Positions 25,336 through 32,000 of a stretch of DNA of 32,000 nt are shown one piece after another; the stretch's first letter is position 1; each line of letters begins with the position of its first letter. The notes beneath the pieces were generated by a model. That model saw only the letters and a program-made list of their open reading frames with translations. It searched no databases and was not told where the DNA came from. Source of the stretch: an uncultured Nitrospiraceae bacterium (lineage in GTDB: Bacteria; Nitrospirota; Nitrospiria; Nitrospirales; Nitrospiraceae); the NCBI GenBank assembly GCA_963781915.1, contig CAWAIH010000016.1:1-32000 (forward strand), read 5' to 3'. The position numbers and the translations under genes were made by a program.

Positions 25336-26112
25336 GCTGGTCCTCCTGAATTTCAGGTTGCCCTGTTATGCTGTAAAGCTATACGCGCTTGTATTTTCAC
25401 GACTTAGACGGTGCTTCATAGTTCCGCTCCTGCTGGAAGTCCCAATGGTTCTACGCAGACTCAGTGTCAGTTGAGGGCCTCGCGCTAGGCGCACACAATG
25501 AATAGGCGTTGATTGGAAAATGCTTTAAAATGCGTGATGTTACAGAACTCTATTGACCGGAGTCAAGCGTCAAGATGGAAGACAATCAGGAGCTCGCTGC
25601 TTGTCAAAATAAAAGAGGGAGAGGCAATGTCTCTCCCTATCCTAGACTGCATCAGTTCGTCACACTCTTCAGAGCCGTGACGCCTGACCGCTACAGACTT
25701 TTGAACCGCTGTGCTCTGAGAATAAAGCGTATCGTCGGCTACGGACTACTTCAGGCCCTGCTCCGCTAACCCATTCTCGAATGAAAACTCCAACGTATCG
25801 CCCTTCTTCCCAGGCTTGGTGTAAAACTCGCTCTGCACGACAGAGTACTCTTTCTCTACGTTAGGAAGCCAGCCGACCGGCTCAACTAAGCTCCCGCTGA
25901 CCTACTTTCCGGGTTTTGGGTCACAGGCTCATTTGGGACTAACAAAGGGCTTGACTCTTAACCGGACACTACGATATCACACCAGCGAATTTGGCTGTGT
26001 TATTCTTTTCCTCACACACAGACGAAGTGCCAGTGAGACCTTCACATAGAAAAGACCAGTTGCACATTTGCCTGGAGAAGTTCGCCCAACCATTTCAGAG
26101 AGGAGTTCAACC

Positions 26113-27060
26113 ATGATGAAAAGACAATCACCTCAACTGATAGCCATCGCAGGGGCCATGGTCCTTGCGATGGCCGGATTGATGGGATTGCCCTGCGAGG
26201 CATCCGCGAAGACCCATGACGTCAAGATGACGGCGCTCGAAACGGAAATCGTGATTGAAGGAACGGGAACGAAATATAAGGCCTGGACGTTCAACGGCCA
26301 GATGCCGGGGCCGGCCGTGCGGGTCACGGAAGGCGACACTGTCAACTTCACGCTGGAGAATCCCAAGACCAATGTTTATCCACATGCCATGGACTTCCAT
26401 GCGGCGGAAATCGATTTCCTGAAGAACTACCGGGCCATCAATCCGGGAGAAACCATTTCCTTCACCTTTGTGGCGAAGAAGCCCGGCGTGTTTTTCTATC
26501 ATTGCGGCGCAGCGCCCATGATCCAGCACGTCGCGCGCGGCATGTTCGGCGCGATTATCGTCGATCCCAAGAATCCGAAGGTCTGGCCGAAAGCGGACCG
26601 GGAGTTTTTGTTAGTCCAATCTGAGCTCTGGAAAAACCCCGACGATGTCGAGGCCATGTTCGCCCGGAAGTTCGACTATACGGTCTTCAACGGAGGGATC
26701 TTCAAGTATCATCCCTTCTTCATCGGCTCGGAAGCGCTGGAGGCGAAACCGAATGAGCGGGTCCGGATCTATTTTGTGAACGCGGGCCCCAACGAGTTTT
26801 CCTCGCTCCACCCGATCGGCGAGATTTGGGATAACGTCTACGAGAGCGGGAACCCTGCCAACAAACTCACAGGGGTGCAAACCTATGTCGTGGGACCAGG
26901 AAGCGCCGCCACATTCGACTTGGTCTCCGAATCACCCGGGGTCTATCCGATTGTGACGCATTCGCTCACTGGAGCCCTTCGTGGAGCCATTGCCGCGCTG
27001 ACGATTACACCGGTAGCCAAGAATGCTCCGCTGATGCCACTGACGCCCTGGAATCCCTAA
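26113..27060 (+). CDS. nirK: Copper-containing nitrite reductase (NirK-type two-domain multicopper protein)
   Basis: All NirK ligand motifs are present: HAMDFHAA (T1 His, catalytic Asp, T2 His), FYHCGAAPMIQHVARGM (T2 His-T1 Cys...His...Met), SSLHPIGEIWD (catalytic His) and IVTHSL (T2 His). Signal peptide. AGGAG lies 7 nt upstream of the ATG at 26113. Confidence 0.9.
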   Translation: MMKRQSPQLIAIAGAMVLAMAGLMGLPCEASAKTHDVKMTALETEIVIEGTGTKYKAWTFNGQMPGPAVRVTEGDTVNFTLENPKTNVYPHAMDFHAAEIDFLKNYRAINPGETISFTFVAKKPGVFFYHCGAAPMIQHVARGMFGAIIVDPKNPKVWPKADREFLLVQSELWKNPDDVEAMFARKFDYTVFNGGIFKYHPFFIGSEALEAKPNERVRIYFVNAGPNEFSSLHPIGEIWDNVYESGNPANKLTGVQTYVVGPGSAATFDLVSESPGVYPIVTHSLTGALRGAIAALTITPVAKNAPLMPLTPWNP

Positions 27061-27133
27061 ACGACCAGAAATATGATAGAACTGTGCATTCGAAGGAAGC
27101 CCTCATTTACCTCTCAAAAAAGGAGCGCCTTTC

Positions 27134-27580
27134 ATGAAACAACTTTCTCGCGCCATCAAGACTATGCTGACCGTCGCCGTACTGTTGATCTCAGCGCCGG
27201 TGTGGGCAGCCGATGCTCCGTTGCCCTCACTCTATGAACGGCTCGGCGGAACAGGCCCTATCACGGCCGTCGTCGGCAAGTTCGTCAGCATCGTGGGCCA
27301 AGACAAGCGCATCAACGGGTGGTTTGCCAAAGCCGATCTGCCGAAACTGAAGAAACAGCTGGTCGACCAGGTCTGCCAAGCCAGCGGCGGCCCCTGCACC
27401 TATGATGGGCCAGACATGAAAAAAACACATGCCGGCATGAAAATCACGACGGCTGCCTTCAATGCCCTGGTTGAAGACCTCGTCAAGGCATTGGATACGT
27501 TCAACGTGCCAGCCAGAGAAAAGAACGAACTCCTTTCCGTGCTGGGTCCTATGAAGTCCGACATCGTCGAAGTGCCGTAA
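27134..27580 (+). CDS. Group I truncated hemoglobin (trHbN-like) carrying an N-terminal Sec-type signal peptide
   Basis: LYERLGGTGPITAVVGKFVSIV...GGPCTYDGPDMKKTHAGMKITTAAFNALVEDL matches the 2-on-2 globin pattern, including the proximal His (KTHAGM). The N-terminus MKQLSRAIKTMLTVAVLLISAPVWA/AD looks like a cleavable signal peptide. SD AAAAGGAG. Confidence 0.85.
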   Translation: MKQLSRAIKTMLTVAVLLISAPVWAADAPLPSLYERLGGTGPITAVVGKFVSIVGQDKRINGWFAKADLPKLKKQLVDQVCQASGGPCTYDGPDMKKTHAGMKITTAAFNALVEDLVKALDTFNVPAREKNELLSVLGPMKSDIVEVP

Positions 27581-27588
27581 AGGGCAAC

Positions 27589-27619
27589 GGGCAGGCGGTG
27601 AGATCCTCGCCGCCTGCCC
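27589..27619 (+). terminator. Perfect 10-bp GC-rich hairpin after the globin gene (possible terminator, no U-tract)
   Basis: GGGCAGGCGG (27589..27598), an 11-nt loop, then CCGCCTGCCC (27610..27619), beginning 9 nt after the stop. No T-run follows it. Confidence 0.35.
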
Positions 27620-27860
27620 ATGAACGCATCCAAGAGAAGAACACTGCACCCCAGCCGAACCGAAGCTTCGCATAGTCCGACAAATCGATGAACCTACCCA
27701 AGGGCTTCAGATCGCATCCCTGCAGACAGGTATTCCGATGACGCGAACAGCTCATCGCAGATATGCAAACCGGACGCAGACGCCCTGTGCGAAAAGCGTA
27801 CCCGTAACCGGCCCACAGCCTCATGGAGACAGCAAGGCCAAGCTCAGGCACAACTGTCTG

Positions 27861-28202
27861 ATGCTTGCGATGGCGCTCACCGTGGGTCTTGGAGTATTTC
27901 AGCCGGCCAGAGCCAGCCAGGCTGCCATGGAGAGAGTTCCCGTCGCGCTGACAGGATCTGGTTGCGACAGCCATGAGAACGAGCTAAGCAGGGCGTTGCT
28001 CACCTTGCAGGGTGTGAACGCCGCGCATTTTCATCGCATACCCGATCACGTCTTGGTGGATATCACCGTCGGCATGATCGTGCCGGAAGAACTGGTTCGT
28101 CATCTCAATACGGCGGCCACGTCATGGCAATGCCGCGCTGAAATTATGCAGTCCTGCATCACGGCAGCCCCTGTCCCCCAGACTCGAAAAGACGCACCAT
28201 AA
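27861..28202 (+). CDS. Hypothetical small exported protein with an HMA-like (ferredoxin-fold) pattern and a degenerate metal loop
   Basis: From the ATG at 27861: MLAMALTVGLGVFQPARA/SQ signal-like N-terminus. Then VPVALTGSGCDSHENELSRALLTLQGVNAAHFHRIPDHVLVDITVGMIVPEELVRHLN, whose spacing resembles beta-alpha-beta-beta-alpha-beta HMA domains, with GSGCDSHE in place of GMxCxxC. There is no convincing SD and the start is uncertain. Confidence 0.35.
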   Translation: MLAMALTVGLGVFQPARASQAAMERVPVALTGSGCDSHENELSRALLTLQGVNAAHFHRIPDHVLVDITVGMIVPEELVRHLNTAATSWQCRAEIMQSCITAAPVPQTRKDAP

Positions 28203-28394
28203 GTGTGCGATTGAAATCCGACCAGTTTCGCACGCGATGCAGGATCATCGCCGGACTGATGTTTCTCCACGAACAGCCACTGGCGTAGCGGGCCTCGGTC
28301 AGTTCCTGAAGCAGACGTTGGCGGACCATTTATCCAAAATGTTCAAGAAGTGTACGCCGCCCAAGCTCATGAGGCGTGGGCGGCGTGGGAGAGT

Positions 28395-30261
28395 TTATTT
28401 TGTGATGTGTTTCGCAGCTTCGACAATCGATCGCGCCCCGATGCCGAAGTGGTCGATGAGTTCGTCCGGCTTCCCGCTGTGGGGGATCGTGCGAACCGCA
28501 AGCTTATGTACTTTAATACCTTCTGGTCCAACTGCGCTGAGCACCGCATCTCCAAGGCCACCGTGCGCATAATGATCTTCAACGGTGAGAATACGCCCCT
28601 GCGTAGCCCTCGCGCTGTCAATCAACGTCGTGTGATCGATAGGGACGACACTATAGAGATCGACGATCCGCACGGCAGATGCCGGCGGCTTTCAATGTGT
28701 CGTATGCCTTCAGGGCTTCGAAGAGCGTGACGCCGGCTGCGACGATCGTGAGGACATCCGCTGCACTTTGGCGAATTACCTTCGACCCGCCGATCTGGAA
28801 CCTTTCATCGGGCCCATAGAGAACCGGACACTTCGGACGCCCGGCCCGAATGTAGACCATTCCTTTATGTGCGGCAGCCATTTCGACGAGCCGGTACGTG
28901 CAGGTCGCATCGGACGGATACAACACGGTGACGCCCGGCTGCGCAGCCATCATTGCGATATCTTCCAGACCCATTTGTGAGGGGCCGTCTTCCCCGATGC
29001 TCACGCCGACATGTGTACCGACAAGCTTGATGTTCGAGCCGCTGATGGCAGCCATACGGATGAAATCGTAGGCTCGCGTAAAGAATGCGGCAAACGTGGC
29101 AACAAACGGAATCTTCCCGCAGGCAGCTAAACCGGCTGCGGCCCCGAGCATATTTTGTTCCGCGATAAAATTTTCAAAGAATCGATTGGGAAATCTCTTG
29201 CCGAACTTATCGGTATAGGTCGAGTTCTTTACGTCGGCATCGAGTCCCACGACCAGCGGATTCACCGCACCCAACGCCTCAAATGCGTTACCGAATGCTT
29301 CGCGCGTGGCGGCAGTGTCGCCTATTTTATAGGGCGAAGGCGGGAGAGGACTGGTAGACGACGGCCCCTGAACCGGCGTCGATGGTTTCTTCACTGAAAT
29401 GGTTGCACTGCTGGGTTTCAGCTGCTTGGTCAACTCATCGATCGCCTTCTGCGTTTCTTCGCCTTTGGCGGCCGGCTTTCCATGCCAGGCAGGATGATTC
29501 TCCATGAAGGAGATGCCCTTGCCCTTGAACGTTTTAGCGAGTAACACCGTCGGCTTGCCTTTGGTGCCGGCAGCGGTATCGAATGCCGCGAGCAAAGCTG
29601 AAAGATTATGCCCATCAACCACTAGCGCCTGCCAGCCAAAGCCGGCCCATCGGGAACGATAGGCCTCCATGTCATGTTGCAGCATGGTCGGATCGCTTTG
29701 ACCGAGTCGATTGACATCGACAATGGCACAGAGGTTATCCAACCCATGATGGCGCGCGACTTCAGCCGCTTCCCATACGGATCCCTCAACGGATTCTCCA
29801 TCGCCCATCAAGACGTAGGTTCTGTGATCGAGCTTGTCGACATATTTCGCATTGAGGGCGATTCCAATACCCACTGGCAACCCTTGCCCCAACGAACCCG
29901 TTGCCATATCGACAAACGACAAACGAGGCGTCGGGTGGCCTTCAAGATCGGACGTCAATGTTCGAAGTTTGAGAAGTTCGCTCTTGGGAAAGAGACCTGC
30001 TTCCGCCCAAGCGGCATACAGCAGTGGGGCAGCATGGCCTTTTGACAGCACGAACCGATCGCTATTGTACGCTTTGGGATTTTTAGGGTCGTATCGCATC
30101 ACGGAGAAGAAGAGGGCTGCGACAATGTCCGCAGCGGAACAGCAACTGGATGGATGTCCGCTCCCCGCTTCGCTCGTTGCACGAACGCTCTCGATCCGGA
30201 GCTGTGTGGCCTTGTTCTGCAGTTCAGTAAGCAATTCTGGTGAAGCGGTTGAGCTAGCCAT
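28395..30261 (-). pseudogene. tkt: Transketolase (single-polypeptide type) disrupted by a 1-nt frameshift near the C-terminal domain
   Basis: TPP motif GDGESVEGSVWEAAEVARHHGLDNLCAIVDVN. The N-terminus has SGHPSSCCSAADI and SKGHAAP. The main frame ends ...LKAAGICRADRRSL*, while the next frame continues (S)AVRIVDLYSVVPIDHTTLIDSARATQGRILTVEDHYAHGGLGDAV...HSGKPDELIDHFGI, the normal transketolase C-terminus. The frame switch must lie between 28654 and 28692, most simply one extra base near 28677. The ATG at 30261 has AAAGGAG upstream. Confidence 0.85.
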
Positions 30262-30599
30262 CGGAACTCCTTTCGGGATTGGATGCCAAGGATACTGCCT
30301 GACTCTTCTTGTCTTCTCTATCGGCAGCAACAGGACGGAGCTTGAGGCTAGCAAAATGAAATGGGGAGAGTCAATCAACCTAAACAATACAGGGAAGATG
30401 GGGAGCCAGATGTCGATACCAAGTAGGCGGCTAATGGAAGTGGTTTCATGAGATTATGATATGTGCGGGACAATGGCAGTGGGCGCTGGTAAAGGGCAAG
30501 CACGGGATGAAGCACTGCATCGAGACGGGATGTCACATGGGCTCTCCTTGGAAGAGGACCATCAAGCACATTATGTATCGGTGAGAGCGAAGCGTTGCA

Positions 30600-31454
30600 T
30601 TAAGTACTGTGAAGGAACCGGGATTCATCTCTGATGGACACCGCCTTGACCAGGTCACGTAAAGACAAGAGGCCCACGATCTTGTTGTCCTCTGTCACTG
30701 CGAGGTGGCGAATCCGTTTCTCAGCCATGAGCCGACTGGCATCGCGAGCGCTGTCATCGATGTCGATCTGAACCAGGGGAGCATTCATCACGGCGCCGAC
30801 GGGGGTACTGCTCGCAGGGAGACCGGCCGCAATCACCTTCCTCACCACATCGGTCTCGGTCACGATGCCGACTATCGCTCCAGCATCCAGCACGAGGAGC
30901 GAACCGATCCGCTTCCCCGCCATTGTCTGCGCTGCCTCCAGTACCATCGCTTCACTCGCAATGATCGCCATTGCCGTTTGCATGAGCACCCTGAGCACGC
31001 TGAGGGGCCGGAATACGTTGTCCAGATCACGGAGGGGGCCTCCTCCTGAATCGATGAAATATCGCACGAGATCTCGGACTGAAACCATCCCAACGATTTT
31101 GTCCTCATCGGAGACACAGAGATGGCGGACATGGTTCGTCTCCATGAGATGACTCGCATCCAGCATGGGGCAATCCGGCGTGATCATCAGCAGCGGACTG
31201 GTCATGGCCTGATCCACCCTGGTAAGAGAAGTATCCATTCCTCTAGCGAGTACCTTCCCCATCAGGTCTGTCTCAGTCACGATCCCCGACCTGCGGAATA
31301 CCCGACCCTCCGGATCGGTTGGCTGTACCAACAATGAACCAATACATTTCTCCCTCATACGCTCGGCGGCTTTTATGACCGTGGTCTCAGGCGGGACAAC
31401 CTCCAAGTCTCGATGCATGAGATCCCCGACCCTGCCTCCTGATTGTACAGTCAT
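30600..31454 (-). CDS. CBS-domain protein (two CBS pairs, four CBS motifs), no other domain recognised
   Basis: Four repeats of the CBS pattern: VIKAAERMREKCIGSLLV...GIVTETDL; MLDASHLMETNHVRHLCV...GMVSVRDL; VLEAAQTMAGKRIGSLLV...GIVTETDV; ARDASRLMAEKRIRHLAV...GLLSLRDL. The ATG at 31454 has GGGAG 5 nt upstream. Confidence 0.85.
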   Translation of the reverse strand: MTVQSGGRVGDLMHRDLEVVPPETTVIKAAERMREKCIGSLLVQPTDPEGRVFRRSGIVTETDLMGKVLARGMDTSLTRVDQAMTSPLLMITPDCPMLDASHLMETNHVRHLCVSDEDKIVGMVSVRDLVRYFIDSGGGPLRDLDNVFRPLSVLRVLMQTAMAIIASEAMVLEAAQTMAGKRIGSLLVLDAGAIVGIVTETDVVRKVIAAGLPASSTPVGAVMNAPLVQIDIDDSARDASRLMAEKRIRHLAVTEDNKIVGLLSLRDLVKAVSIRDESRFLHST

Positions 31455-32000
31455 GGGCGCTCCCTTCTGTGTGAGGCAGGACGACCGCCTACTACTACGC
31501 CTCAATCATACTCCTATGTGCCCGCGTCATTCATTCATAAATAAACCCAACCAAATAACGCTATGGAGTATTCGGCAAAGAAGAAGAAAGTCGTAGAACA
31601 AGATGCCTAGACCCCTTGCAGTATGGTTTGCAGCGGGTTCGGAACTGCACCTCGCGCTCCGCCATAGAGATCACGGTGCAGGAGACCGCGCGGTCGCCTG
31701 CCGCATTGCATTGGAGCGCGAATGCCGGCGTCTGCAAATCGTAGGCCGATTTAAGATACAGCAGAGTGACTTCAGGATTGTTGTCAGGGGCAGGATGAAA
31801 GGTTCGGGCCTTCAGGACCGAGAGACTGGCGGGTGATCCCACTCAGTCCTCTTGCAGAATAGTCACAAACCATTCTAGGACTTGTCCGGGCGAGCTTCCA
31901 ATTATCTGAAGCTCGCAACCGGAAACGCGCAAATGATGGACGCTTCACCCGTTCAATTGACCTTGAACAGATTTACCAGCCACATGATTTTTTTGGGTCT

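Noticed and set aside
25575-25769. 64-aa plus-strand ORF in the SulP-nirK intergenic region
   Set aside because: It has no SD and no similarity I recognise. It overlaps the minus-strand hairpin and remnant described in the findings.
28237-28730. Plus-strand ORFs 28237..28572 and 28350..28730
   Set aside because: They are antisense to the conserved transketolase C-terminal domain. The minus-strand reading (VEDHYAHGGLGDAV...) is unambiguous.
31561-31842. Overlapping 93-aa minus-strand and 77-aa plus-strand ORFs at the right end
   Set aside because: Neither shows a domain, signal peptide or SD that I can recognise, and the two mutually overlapping frames cannot be discriminated by eye. Left unannotated.
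1-32000. CRISPR arrays, tRNA, rRNA, integrase/att sites and toxin-antitoxin pairs
   Set aside because: I saw no regularly spaced short repeats, no cloverleaf-compatible or rRNA-like segments, and no integrase or TA-like ORFs on either strand.

Overview
This window is a nitrification gene island followed by a more decayed accessory region. No rRNA, tRNA or CRISPR array was recognised.

**Left part, minus strand (20-11116).** It encodes haoB, then octaheme haoA. Next is a small exported protein made of one CcmI/CycH C-terminal domain. A complete, translationally coupled System I cytochrome c maturation operon follows (ccmA-B-C-D-E-F-G-H-I). Its CcmI carries that same C-terminal domain twice in tandem.

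**Centre, plus strand (11572-20427).**
- Three tandem paralogs with AmoE/AmoD (PmoD-family) architecture.
- copC, and a copD fused to a c-type cytochrome domain and a Cys-less redoxin-like domain.
- An intact IS1595-family insertion sequence.
- amoC-amoA-amoB, closed by a strong intrinsic terminator.

Putting hao, ccm, amoE/D, copCD and amoCAB in one island is the arrangement reported for complete ammonia oxidisers (comammox Nitrospira). That taxonomic reading is an inference I could not test without a database search.

**Right third (20461-31454).**
- A CHASE3/HAMP/PAS histidine kinase, with a decayed receiver-domain relic behind it and an intact single-domain response regulator in front of it.
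- A SulP transporter interrupted by one in-frame TAG.
- An intact nirK followed by a signal-peptide-bearing truncated hemoglobin and a small exported HMA-like ORF.
- A frameshifted transketolase and a four-CBS-domain protein.

**Observations most worth follow-up.**
- The CcmI C-terminal domain is present three times. The stand-alone copy shares promoter-like sequence and signal peptide with haoA.
- The nirK / exported globin / HMA-like module.
- The CopD-cytochrome c-redoxin-like fusion.
- The repeat-rich amoC leader next to an IS that has no target-site duplication.
- Three independent gene lesions within about 10 kb.
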